DNA from: Octopus vulgaris
Taxonomy: Eukaryota
DNA length: 64,000 bases
Assembly (NCBI GenBank): GCA_951406725.2
Contig: OX597821.1
Span: 52,762,001-52,826,000 of the forward strand
Direction: 5' to 3'
Part shown: positions 1 to 13,469 of the stretch, one piece after another
How positions within the stretch are numbered: position 1 is the stretch's first letter
Layout of the letters: every line of letters begins with the position of its first letter
Program-made: the position numbers and the translations under genes
The notes under the pieces: generated by a model
Seen by the model: only the letters and a program-made list of their open reading frames with translations
The model's database searches: none
Told to the model about the DNA's origin: nothing

Positions 1-310
<310 letters not shown>

Positions 311-769
311 TACACATGCTGTGAAATGAATCCATGACTTATTAGAATAACACATAACACTTGAGCGGTAAGCAAACCGCACGAATACGGAATAAATAGT
401 GTAGTTGTTGAAATGGAACCGAATATGATTATGGTGTATAGCGAAGGAAACATATGTAATACAAACAGTTAGTATAGTTCTAGTTATTATAAAGAATGAG
501 TGATATCGTTGGGTGATATTGAAGCATGTTGCGGAATATATATACTCATGATAGATGTTTGATCATATCTCCATGTTTACAAATCAGCAAAGACCAAAGA
601 TTATCGAAACATCTGAAAAATGTTTCATTAAGCTGAATCGTAGTGAGACTGGAGCCATATTAATAATCGAATATCTGTATCTCTGCCAATAGAGGAAATC
701 GATGTGACAAGAAGCAACAACAACCATCAATTAGATATATCCGAAAATATATAAGCACCTGCACAAATA

Positions 770-797
770 CACAAACACACACGTGCACACGCGCGCG

Positions 798-867
<70 letters not shown>

Positions 868-1087
868 CACACTCACGTTTAATGGATTACACACATACGT
901 ATAATGTATAATGGATTGGACGTGGCTTTGAACTTTCTGTGACACTAGGTTTATCGAAATATATATTTGCACACATATATATGTGTGTGTGTGGAATTAT
1001 ATATATATATATGTATACATACACACACACACACATATATATATATGTATATATATATATGTATATATATGCGTATATATATATAGG

Positions 1088-1122
<35 letters not shown>

Positions 1123-1220
1123 ACATATATATATATATGTATTTATATATGTGTATATATATAGATACAAATCCATACTTCTATAAACATACGTGTGTAT
1201 ATATATATATATATACTATA
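770..1220. repeat. (CA)n and degenerate (TA)n/(TATG)n microsatellites
   Basis: Directly visible. Confidence 0.93.
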
Positions 1221-3114
1221 TTTCAAACATATATTCATATGATTAATCAAGGAAATATTTCAAAGGCCTGTACATAATATATACATACATTGAAATAATT
1301 ATATTCCTATTAATATGCAATTGTTCACACGCTATGCAAATACTATCCTTATTATCTGGCAAACCGCCGACTACAATTCACCTACCCATTCACAAACTTA
1401 CTTATCACAATTAGACTTAAGGGGTCCATTGAAATTTGGCAAAAACCAACTCATTGACGCTAATCATGTCGGAAAGCTAAGCACACTCAATTTAGTTTTG
1501 CAGAAGTACATAATTTCTTTTATAAACGAAAAGAGCGGAATTTTAATATCTGCCGACATTTCTAAATGAAGCATTGAACGGAAACAAGAGGCGTTGTAGC
1601 TAACAGATTCCATTTTTTGTTAGCTTCTCGTATCGTTAAAGAGGCATCGTCGTGGATTATGCATTGCATATCCATACGATATTCTTTCCAGTTTCTTGAG
1701 TGTAACAACAAACAATCAAAATAATATAAATATTCCTCTGATAGGGAACTGCAACATTGCTTTCTCCGAAACATGAGGCCACAAATTTGGAAGTGCATGC
1801 GATAATTACTTACATAGACTCCAGTAAAACACAGTATTTGTTTACCGACCAGTGAGACTGATAAGCAAATTTCGCTTCATCGGAATTTGATCATAAAACA
1901 TAAAATATTCTGGCTAAATACTTATCTACATAGCAATATTCCTCTCATATAATTACTGCTAGTTAGCATTTTGACGCTTGCATTCAGCATCTACACTAAC
2001 TCAAGTACGTTCCTATATGTCAATGTATTTCATCATTTGGTCATTTCTTGCTAGACTTTAATACTTTCTTTATTCTATATTTTACACTAACTTAAGTATC
2101 TTCTCTCCACCATGTATGCATGTTTTTATATAAAGCTGTCTATCTCACTACAAGTTTCTTTCTAGTTTACTATTTAATATTCCATGCATTCTATAATATT
2201 AAACTTAGCGTAAACATTCAGGTATTTGTGGATTAAATCACTGTGTTATTTGTTACTTATGTTACTGCAAAAAGCCATGGATTAAAATTGCATTCTATTT
2301 TAAGTGGTCGCTATGGGTCACATAATTAACTTGATGTTCTGATTCTGTTAAATATTTACACATTTATGACGAGCCGTAATTCTCTTAGATGTGTGGCTGC
2401 TTAGAAATATCCTCCTTTCATTAATATGAAAGGAGAATATTTCTTTACCATTTTACGATAATTACGATGTGTGTAATACTAAAATGACATTAGAACATTT
2501 TATGTAACAAATTTCTTGTCGATTACATTGATCATTTTAACTGGCTGTAATTGTATCGATATCATGTTATACGTAAAGTTAAAATCGGCTACGGGATATG
2601 AGCTCCAAACGCAATTTTATATTCCCACTGCTTAGCCGATTCAGTACTGAGTCAAATATCTCCACAAAGTTTATGACAATTTGTGTCTAAAAAAATAAAA
2701 TCATAAAAGCAAATATTTCTACCATTGGTTATAGCTACCATTCCTATATTATATTAGAGGTTCGATGATTTAATATGCCATTAGAATGACAATGAGAACA
2801 CTAAATTTGTTTTTTAAAATACTCACGGCAATTTCGATATTGCAAATCAACCCAACGAGGGTATCTCGTTCTGGACACTCCATATACCAGATACAACACA
2901 CCATATTTACTTGGAAGCATAAACTAATCGCTTAGAAGTGGACGGACATAGTAAATGATATAGTACTCTGGGGGAAGACAGGATATTCCCAATTAGAATA
3001 CTTATTAGCCCAGGTTTTCTTCATTGGGTATTGCCTGTGCTAAACAGTAACAGTAAGAACAGTTGTAAGAACCATTGATGAAAGATGTATCAGGTCTAGA
3101 ATTATACTTGTATA

Positions 3115-3497
3115 TCTATTATATAAAATCCATTCAGTCTATATGTCTGTGTGTCTTCAAGGATGTCGGGCATCCTCCAGCCGATTGTAGGATATGTAGA
3201 TACCGACGGTATCAGGGCGTGTATAAGTCTTGACAAAATTACAATAATCAATTCCAGGTGAGAATACGATCGATAAAGCCGTGAGAACGTACATTTGTAC
3301 GCTCAAGTACATCAGCTGTTGTGATCGATACTACGCGTACGCGAGAAAAATGCACGTGCGGTTTGCACAAAAAAAGCCGGCTGGCTTGAAATAATACTAA
3401 AAAATGGGACGGTCGGACAAGTTGTTTTCAGAAAATTTTGTTTAAATGTTTGACAACGCAGCACCGTCCATTGGACGGAGGTGGGGCGTTTTGCTCG
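3115..3497 (+). mobile_element. Probable non-autonomous Helitron-like element
   Basis: Starts A|TCTATTATATAAAA; has a GC hairpin CCGTCCA-T-TGGACGG (3464-3478) about 19 nt before the end; ends CTCG|T (variant of CTAG|T); A/T target with no TSD; CpG-richer than the flanks. Confidence 0.55.
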
Positions 3498-3539
<42 letters not shown>

Positions 3540-3744
3540 AAATTAAATATTCTAAAGGACCTGAGAGGCTCTCCTAACGTGGCTTTTTTTCCTTTTCCTC
3601 TAATATATACTCTATGACACGGAAGCCTACTGCGGATCCGTAGCTCCAGCTTCAGTTGTGAACTTGGAAACTAACAGATAACCAATATTTTCACTTCTGC
3701 AACGTCTCTCTCGGTTTAGATCATCAGTGAACTAAACCCCTCAT

Positions 3745-3783
<39 letters not shown>

Positions 3784-3784
3784 G

Positions 3785-3875
3785 TCGTGGCTGTGTTGTA
3801 AGAAGCTTGATTTTAAACTATATGGCTCCGTGTTCAGTCCCACTGCGTGGCACCTTGGGCAAGTGTTTTCTACTA
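3785..3875 (+). mobile_element. tRNA-like SINE family A, 5' part (interrupted by mariner)
   Basis: GTGGCTGTGTTGTAAG...TTCAGTCCCACTGCGTGGCACCTTGGGCAAGTG matches the full copy at 59614-60009. Confidence 0.85.
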
Positions 3876-4531
3876 TGAGATGGTATCGAAAGGTTCCCAG
3901 ACTAGTTCTGTAGCAAGTCAACAACTAGAAGCACACGATTACGTGCGCAATGAGATCTAGCAGTGATCTTCAGGATGCAGTGTGCCGAGTGACATTGCTG
4001 TGTTCATTTCGCAAGTTATGAAAGATGTGTTTTGTGATCACGTGTATGCTGCAGTCTGAGATTTTTGTCACGAACAGGAAGTTGGAAGAAAGTGCGAAGT
4101 TTGGAACAGAGTCATTGAGCATGCTTCGGCAAGGTTACGGCGACTAGGCAATGGGGATTATACAATCCTTCGAGTGACACGGGTTCTTCAAAAGCGGAAG
4201 AACGTCCCTAGAAGACGATGAGCGATCTGTAATACCTGTCACTAGCATGAACCCTGAAAATGTGGAGGAAATTCGTCCACACACATGAGGGTCGTCGGAG
4301 GACAATCACCGCCATTTTGAAGCGTTTGAGGAAAGACATTCTGCGAAAGCGTCCGGATCTGCGGAGCGCAAAGAATTGGATCTTTCACGACGACAATTCA
4401 CCCTGTCACCGAGTTCTACTCACTCGTGAGTTTCTCGCCAAAAGCAACATGTTATCGCACCCGCATCCGCCCTATTCGCCAGATTTAGTATCTGCGAACT
4501 TCTATCTCTTCCCCAGGAAGTAAATGCAGCT
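3876..4531 (+). mobile_element. Degenerate mariner (Tc1/mariner DD34D-type) transposon, internally deleted and 3'-truncated
   Basis: TA followed by TIR-like TGAGATGGTATCGAAAGGTTCCCAGACT; translated remnants SLEDDERS, WIFHDDNSPCH and HPPYSPDL..NFYLFP (mariner YSPDL motif); frameshifts and stops present. Confidence 0.9.
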
Positions 4532-4532
4532 G

Positions 4533-4600
4533 TCGACCAAAACCTTGCGAGTGGGTTTAGTAGGCAAAAAATCAAAGAAACCTGTTATATATATATATTG
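4533..4600 (+). mobile_element. SINE family A continuation after the mariner insertion
   Basis: CGACCAAAACCTTGCGAGTGGGTTTAGTAG matches CGACCAAAGCCTTGTGAGTGGATTTAGTAG of the copy at 59614. Confidence 0.75.
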
Positions 4601-4809
4601 TGTGTGGGGGGGGGAGGCGTGTGCGTGTATGTGTGTGCGGATGTGTATCAAATACCATGTATGTTATATATAGTATACTGTAATCTCCATCTTTTGAACA
4701 ATATCTGCATACGAAACCATTGTAATGTTATATGGCTAGATATCAGATGAAATCTACCTTTGTTTCTAGCAATGAAGATTTATACCTAATAAAATAAAAA
4801 CATATGTAT

Positions 4810-5140
4810 GTATATAAAAGCCAGTAACACATTGTCCACTTCCTTTTAGTTATGCAAGTTATACGTTTGCTTATTTTCATACACACCTTCATCTAAAATA
4901 TATTTCCTTCACAAGCAATCCTATAAATATAGAGAAGCTTAAAGAAGGATTTAGAAATAGGGGATATAATCACCCTATCATGAATGATGTTACAAAGGAC
5001 AGAAGGACGGTTGGTGTCCCTCTCTTGCAACGGCATCGCCATAATGTAGTAGAACATGGCTATCTTTTCACCTATTATAATTTCGAGGATGAAAACGATA
5101 TATTCCGTAAACACACTCTCAGTAAAGCTTTTTTCCTTTG
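4810..5140 (+). mobile_element. Possible decayed Penelope-like RT C-terminal fragment
   Basis: Plus-strand reading VY-KPVTH...HLKYIS...NIEKLKEGFRNRGYNHPI weakly resembles the VYRKPT...L..LF..RGYP pattern of Penelope-like elements; motif-level only. Confidence 0.35.
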
Positions 5141-6799
5141 ATATTAAATAGAACAATGAATCTATTACGAGAGACAGTGAAGAGGCTTGGTCCAGCAGCA
5201 ACACTATTATTCGTATGCCAACATTATGCAACATATTGGTATCGTTATCTATTGATTACACTAAAGTTCTATAAATTAGAATAAATATCTGAAGGAGCAA
5301 TGACACCAGCTAGCTACGTTGATGAAAGTACGTTTATCATTGTATATCAGGAATGGATATAATCCATATATATTTTCTGCTAACAGAACAAAAAACACGC
5401 TCATATATTTTGTCTCATTATCACCACTCTCAATTAGCAAACACGCACATGTATATGTGTATACGTTCGTATAAGGTTTCCATACGTGCTATCAACAATA
5501 TAAAACTATATAAAAAGGACGAAGATGAAAGAGTAATTCCAATACATAATTATTATTAAAGTAGTAATCTATTTTAAGTCTCAGTGTTTATATCTACGAT
5601 TGAAATAAACTGCAATAAGCATATAAATGGAGAGAGTATGGCTTTCTTTTTGTATAACAGTCTTTATGTTTTGTCATGTGTGCGATGATAGAACATTTTT
5701 AGTATTATCTTATAGCAACATCCTGGCAGTAACCTCACACAGCACCATGCCATGTTTCCTATATATTAAAACAATCAGGTATAAAAAGTATTTTTCCATT
5801 GAGCGATCACTAATTGGTTAAAAAGCTCTAGAGGTAAATAATGCATTCATACATCTGTGAATTCAGTCTTCCATTGAAAGGAGGACTATATCATATTGTT
5901 TAAAGAAGCAAAGAATGAGATGCACAATATTTCCCTTATTTAATTATATCTGCCATTATTTTCTCTCCACATTTCCAGTCAATCAATACACTCATTAATC
6001 GGTGTAAAAGGTGCAATGTAAAAAATCAATAACTTATTGTGGCTATATTAACGCCAGTCAGGTTTCTAGATTCGAATTTGAAACAATTGTCAGTAATTCA
6101 AATAAACAAAATTGTAGCGAGGTGACAAATATCAAAGAGCTCCAACAAATTGTTTATAAAAATATGTTATTAACACATTTTCTGAAAGTATATAAATTAT
6201 GCTTGCTCATATCTATTTTACGTTTTTCATGAATTTATATGAATCAAATGAGAAATATGTAAAGTATAACACCTGAACGAAAAAGAGAGGCTCGACATGA
6301 ATATTCTGTTTAGAGCCATGTCTAGATCAATCTGTAACTTAATGTCTAGAAAACAATCCTACTCACTGGAATTCCTAAAGAGACTGAATAGTGACGGATG
6401 TAACGTATGATTATAACTATGCCTGACTAAGCTTCTTTACGGAAAAACAAAAACAAAATCAAGAGCAATGGAAACAACAGAAAGAACAACAGGAGCACCT
6501 TCTGATTTTTTGTGGTTTGGGGACACTGGAAGAGAATCTCAGACGTATGATCAGATTATGTGGTGCCAGCTGATAGACAACAAGTGTAGTGTTGCTGTCG
6601 GGTTGCTGCTGAGATATTCTGATAAAATTATTGGCAAAACGATAGCTAAGAAGGCGGTACTTCTCGTCGATACTATAGTGGTTGAGGACAAACATGTGCC
6701 ATTCCAAGCATATCTTATCACGTTAGACTCTACTTCACACGATAAATTTCAAACAGGATGACTAAAGAGCGTAGCATGAGTGGAATTCTGATCAATTTA

Positions 6800-7735
6800 G
6801 ATAACTAGAAAGATTTCAATAGAGTGAATCGTTAATAGTTGACGGATGCCGGACTTGTGGCAGCTTTAGGACGGATTTCCAGGAGTTGAATCGCTGGCTG
6901 CAGTATAGAGCAACATATGCTTGGTGGTCAGATTAAATGGCCACCAGTTACGACTGTGCAGTATAATGCGGTCGGTTGGTAAGGGTTGGCGCCTCTCTCC
7001 ACTTTAGTACATATATCTAAGAACCACAACTGCAGAATTTGAAAGTTTTGCGAGGCATTCTTACAAAACCAGAATCCAGAAAATCCGTGCTTGCATATAC
7101 AGGCGGCGAGATACAAGTCTATGCAATTCAACAGTGACTTAGGGCGCTGGATAGACGGATTGGCTAAACTAACTGTGGTCCAGATCTTCACGGGGTAAAC
7201 AATTGGGAAGGAAAGAAGAGCAAGGTGGCTACTCTCACGCAATGATGGGCCGATTAGGAACTATTCCCGAAGGGTTTGATCGAGCTGGTAAATACATATA
7301 TCAAATCCGCCATTTGCTTGTTACCTGTCCGACATGTCTTGCTCTGTTTCAGGGCTGGGCTGGGCTGGGCTGGGCTGGCCACTCTGGTTTCTGTAGAGGG
7401 AACGACTTCCGCTGATCTTGCAGTTCACTTACTCTCAGCATCAATGAAGTAGAAAACTGGATATCTTTTGCAATGATTCACAAACATGCGAAGTCTGTGA
7501 ACTGTCCAGAATTCTCCTGACGGTGAACGGATTAGATCTCCGTGTTTTAAATGTACTTTACCACATATCTTTGGCAGAGATGGGGAACTTGGTGAAGCGT
7601 TCACTGAGGCAGATCGCCTGAAACCTTAAGTGCTCTCTGGACAGTCGGATAATACGGCCAGTGGATATTCTAACTTAGCATTCTGTTTCCCCGAAACTGT
7701 TGGCCTTATATCAAACTTTGAAATCATCCTCCCCA
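6800..7735 (-). mobile_element. Unclassified GC-richer segment, possibly a decayed LTR (Gypsy) remnant
   Basis: Compositional shift; minus-strand SRRLYMQARI-SGFWF weakly resembles a Gypsy protease start; contains (GGGCT)5. Confidence 0.25.
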
Positions 7736-7861
7736 TCATCATCATCATACAAAATATAAATTCTACAACCCCGTTGTGAAAGTCCCTCCCATTCTGAAAC
7801 CGGACATACATATACTTATATAAACGTATGTTTGTGTGTGCGTGTGCGTGCCTGTATGCAT

Positions 7862-7953
<92 letters not shown>

Positions 7954-10900
7954 ATACTTATATATCAGTAGGAAATTATTGAGTATATGTGAAATAGCCT
8001 AGCCTCAAAGATGACCGATATAAGTGTTTATCATTCTTGCCTAACTTCGAATATATTTACTAACATGTTTTGGACGAGTAATTATTCTGCTGATTATATC
8101 TTCTGAGAATATAATTGAATAGATCTTTTCAGCTTTGCTCCAGTAATGAGAAATATAACTATAATTATAGTGCAGTTTATAATTATCATTGCTGTTATTG
8201 ATGTGGTGAAAAAGGCGAGTTTTCATTCAGTTTGGTTAGAGCGGAATTTGACAGAAATGTTCAGAAATTGATCTATGATTTGGTTGGAGTATATTGTTAA
8301 TTAGAGTAGATATTTAATATTACTCTAAGATCTTCCATTTGATATCAATGATTGAATATTTCATTCAAATCTTATTTAATTTATTTTTATCATTTGATAA
8401 TGTAGTTTTCATATGAATATTTTTGTGATATCACCATTTCAGAAAATATGTAATTCAAAAGTTGAAGCTTAATATCTTTGTGAATGAGGAGAAAGTTTTA
8501 ATAACAAACATATGTTGAAGAAACTTCAATGAAAAGCAAGTTTTTGATATTAGTCACGCATTTTGATCTATGACATGTCTAGTTTTACCCATTCGCCTAT
8601 ACATTTCTTTGTTATATATACACTTGTAAACCATTCTAGATTATTAATCAGCTCGTGGCCTTCAACTGTAAAGTGACTGTAATATATTATTTATTTACGT
8701 TACCCTACTTGCTTCTTTACTATTAACCTCAAAGTATAAGTTTATCTAAAGATCATTAGATCTTACATAAAGGCACTTTTGGCACATTATGTTTAAGTGA
8801 AGTTGTATATGTTGGTTATTAAAAGTTTGAAGAAATATCATACAAAAGACTGTTAAAAGTTCTGGAATTCTATTCTATTTAAACATTATACTTTGCTGAA
8901 TATCGAATGTTTGTTTCGCAAGTCCTTATTCTTTATCTTTCATACTCTGCTCGGTCACGTTTCTTATCAGTCGGATAAACGAACAAGGAAATATACAGTG
9001 TCAATATATACATAAAACGACTTTTGTTGTCAATAAAATTATTTTCGTGACAGAGTTAATCTTCTTGTATTGTTGGACATTATTTACCAAGCCAAAACAC
9101 ACGTACGCCACAAAACCTCTTGTATTTTCTATTGAAACTGTATATTCATTTTAATTTTCAGGCAATTTATTATCATCAAGTATTATTAAGATAAATCTAT
9201 GCCTCTCTTTTTCAGCTGTAGCGGAGTGCTCTAACCCAATATACTACAGCAGCTCACTTCGAAAACGCTTTTCGTTCGGACTTGTTTTTCAATATGTTCT
9301 AAAAATAGTACATCAAAGTTTTCCGCTTTGAAGTTATATTCCGTGATTGTCAGTTACGCAATCACTAATATCGAATAATTTCCATATGTCTGTGTATGTC
9401 TGATTAATATCTATTCAAACAAAAACAGCTGTCATTTCATTTGATAACAGACAAAATACTTCAATATTGAATTTTACATTTTACTTTTCTGCTTTCAATT
9501 ATCTGAATTGTTATGGAATCTATTCATACACTAAGTATAAGTTTGGGTCGACTGTCTGTATAGTTAATCTGTTTGTAATGTGAAGTTGTTCCTAATATAT
9601 TTGATGTAGATAACACTTGAATGGCAATTAAATATATAAGTGGTGAAATATTTAAGTGGTAAAGAACATACGTTACCTGGATAACACGTTATTTAAAATT
9701 CTTCAAGCAATCATAGGAGACTCTACCGGAGGTGTTTTAGCCCTCTTTGACCTCTTCAATGAATTATAGTCTTGTACTTAGCGCATTAGTGATGAAAGAA
9801 TTAGTTCAATATTTTATAGGAGTAAGCATTAACCGTATTTTAAAGCTTTCTCTATCAACAATTATTAATAGACACCATCTGCATGAATAACAATAACACA
9901 GTTATTGTTGATATATTTACTACACATTGCATAAAAACATGACAATAATTAATCTTGATTATAATTTTGAAACTTCATGCATTAATCGTGTTAACAATAA
10001 CTAACCAACACTTCTAATGAAGACAGCATATAAATACTTTCATTTAAAATGTCTATTTCGTTGATGAGATCATAATAATTCAGAAAAGAAGAGGGAATTG
10101 TTTCTTTCCTTGCTGAAATAAGTAAGAAATATTGGTTATTTATGAATATTATGTTTAATCACTTGTCAATTATTTGCAATTTTAGTTTTAGTAGTTCGGC
10201 AGTAAATAAATTAATAGTGGATACTTTTAATTAGCTAATATTAGGAACATCAAAATTTGCCTTTATATTATTTTTTCTTTATCTGAAAAACATGTAGGAG
10301 AGCGTTTTTTTATAAAATATTTGCAAAATTATCTAAAGTATGAAGTATTAAAAAATGAGATTATCTTAATTAACTGAATCAATCGACAAAACCGCAATTA
10401 AATAATTGTATCTAATGCGTTTGTAAAAATACCTGATGCAAAAAGGATTAATAATTATTTACAATGACTTATAAAATTTTTCTACAGCTATGAAATATCC
10501 AATATTGATTATACATAATATCAAGGGACAAATAGGAAGATATATGCTATAAATTTTGATCCTCACGTAGCAAGAAAGTATATAGTCTGATAATAGAGCT
10601 TCCTTTACAATGCTAATCAAATACACAAGCAGAAAGAAGTAATGATATAAATATTGAATCTACAGTCAGCCTCTCAGGAGAACTAACGCCATATTGCTCA
10701 ATTCCCACGATCGCTCATTTATTAAAAGATAATTAATACAACTATAAATAGCTGAAATATTTTGATAATTGTATTATTCCTACTTTCTGCAGCATTCGCT
10801 TGGTAACGTTGCTTAAAAATATTTTTCTTTCTGTTTTCTTTTCTAAGAAAATGGTATGTCTTCTTTCCGACTTACCTCTGTGGAGTGGAGACGTTGATTG

Positions 10901-12049
10901 GTAAATAACTTCCGGTTTCACTCGTATATGTAAAACGGTATGACATTTCTTATGATATTGTTCAATTCATTTTGATATATCATTTAGATATCAATAATTT
11001 TAACAGTGACATCTGCATAGAGTTTGTAAATTAATTTGCTGGCAGCATCAGTTTGAATTAATTATTTTTATACAACACGTTAACTTTCGGTTAAAAGTAA
11101 CCGAAATATTTTGATATTTTCCGACAGTAGAAACAGAAATCTGAAATGCACTTACTCAATGTAACTGATTAGAAAAATTCTTACTACTTAACATAAAATC
11201 TCTAGTATGAAATACGAAAACATGAACCCATACGGAATTCCTATGTCTGCTACGATGTATATTCACCGGAAAACATAGTTTACTATTTGAATAAAATATA
11301 TAACTACCTTTATAATTTCTATTCTAACATTTTAAAAAAATTATTAATCTTATATTCGATATTTAAAGATTTAATTTCTATCTTGTATTTTGTTTTAGTT
11401 CTCTTTATATCGCTTTCTTATCTTTTCTAATTCAAAAATTTTTATGTCACTTTTATATTTTCTTATTGTTATGCCTACGTATCATAATTTCAAATAACAG
11501 TCACATTAATATCATATTTATTAGTTTCGGTAGTTTTTGCTTGTACACTACGCATAAAGTAAATAATCTCAAACTTGTCAGTATTCTATGAAGAGATAAG
11601 ATAACATCTGGCAATGGTGTAAGAAGAAAAGGCACACCAAGAATATATGTTTAGGTATGTGCATGGGCATTGCACATAAAATGGTATTAGATATTAAGCT
11701 GTCCAATCGTAGAGAGAAAAAAAAACACATACATATAGGTTTGTGATTTTTACATATTCTTTCTTTGTTGCTGTGTTTTCCTATAAAGCAGATGTCCTTT
11801 AAAATTTCGTGTTTTTGTTTGAAGGTGTAAAACCCTTTGCCAATTCCCCTTCAAGAATAATATTTGTCTTTGTTAATCATGCATAATATTAGCGCCGAAC
11901 ACTCTATTCTCCCGTAGTGGTTCTTATATATTTTCGGGTTCGATTAAATTAAACAGCAGTCGAATATTAGGGTCAATGTAATCGACTAAACTGCTTACCT
12001 TGAAATTGCTAGTATTGTGCCAAAATTTGATACTCAGTTGTTGCTATTA

Positions 12050-12174
12050 TTATTATTATTACTATTTTATGTTTGACTTTTGTTTTACATTTGTACAAGT
12101 TTGCCCCAAGCCTCACCCAGAGACCTCAAGAGACAACAAGTTGGAAGTTCATGTTGGTGTTATGCCTACGGTGC

Positions 12175-12175
<1 letters not shown>
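12050..12175 (-). mobile_element. 3' UTR fragment of a non-LTR element between (TAA)n tracts
   Basis: Short unique segment bounded on both sides by TTA repeats; on the minus strand it ends ...AAAAGTCAAACATAAAATAG(TAA)n. Confidence 0.5.

Positions 12176-12268
<93 letters not shown>
12176..12268. repeat. (TTA)n microsatellite
   Basis: Directly visible. Confidence 0.98.
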
Positions 12269-12269
<1 letters not shown>

Positions 12270-12960
12270 GATCTGACACAGGTTTGTTCTCATTCCGGCT
12301 AGAATTTGTGCGGGTAGCGTATTACTACGTGTAATCTTATATATCCACAAGCTCTCAACAATCTTTCAAGTACACAAAACCCTTGGGATAGTCTTTCCTG
12401 GCCCTCACACGCTACCTTAGTTTAGAAGCTCTACAGGATATTCTGTTCCAATCTTCGCCAACAATTTGTCCATATCATTATACACAGTTCCTATTGCACC
12501 AATTATTACAGGCACAGCCTTTACAGATTTCATATTCCAAACCCGCACAATTTCAAATTTTATGGGATTGTGTTTCTTTACATTTTTCATCTTTTTCCAC
12601 CATAATCATGGAATCAAACACCTCCTGGATTAATTAATAAGTAACTTCGTTTTTTTCTTGTCTATTATTATTATATCTGATTTATTATTTTCTAGCTTCT
12701 TATCTCTTTGAATAGGAAAATCCCATAAAATCTTAGTTATCCAAATCAATCACCCTTTCAACCGGATGAAAGTACTTCCAGCTTAAAATCCCTAATTCCG
12801 ATAGTTTGATATTTACTGCTTTTCATGCCCGAATATTGCTTTCTTTGAGGTAGTTCCAAGTGAACCGACAACGATATGTATCACGCTCACGTTTGAGGCT
12901 CTACGGGGGCGTTTCTTATCCACTTCCAAGTGTTGCTACTTTTCATTCTCTGTCTACACA
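12270..12960 (-). mobile_element. R4/Dong-like non-LTR retrotransposon 3' end (restriction-like endonuclease domain), decayed
   Basis: Minus strand gives KILWDFPIQRDKKLENNKSDIIIIDKK and EIVRVWNMKSVKAVPVIIGAIGTV (RLE C-terminal motifs); the 3' end runs into (TAA)n. Confidence 0.8.
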
Positions 12961-13469
12961 ATATTCCGAGTTGCAGGTATAGCAACGTCGAGGAAGGGAC
13001 ATTCTTTGTATTCCTTCATCGATCCCAGTATTCGACTGTTCCTTAATTTAATCGACCCACAAAAAGTGTAGGAACCACGGCGGCAAAATTATGTTCGTTC
13101 ACTTTTAATTTTATGCATGCTTGACAGAGACATACCAGCACCACCTTCAATAACAACACCAACATTAACAACACCATCATTACCATCACGACTCCTATTA
13201 TGCAGCCAACAGCAAAAACACAAGCAAATACATCATGCTTACAAATCGAAAACAACAACAAAAACAAACTTCACAAAGCATAACGCACTAGTAGAATACA
13301 TATATAATCACACGGTCATCACTCAGAGTCATTTCATAACACTAACATACATAAAACTCATGCAAATAACATAAAACCATTGAACACCATACAAAAACAA
13401 ATACTGTGATGAGAGCAAGAATTTTACAAAAAGCATTGACAAAACACTTTAAAAGCTTAGACTTGCTGA

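Noticed and set aside
6468-6761. 97-aa non-repetitive ORF
   Set aside because: No recognisable domain or convincing splice signals; it lies next to a probable decayed TE.
7352-7378. (GGGCT)5 potential G-quadruplex
   Set aside because: Short simple repeat within a probable TE remnant; no functional evidence.
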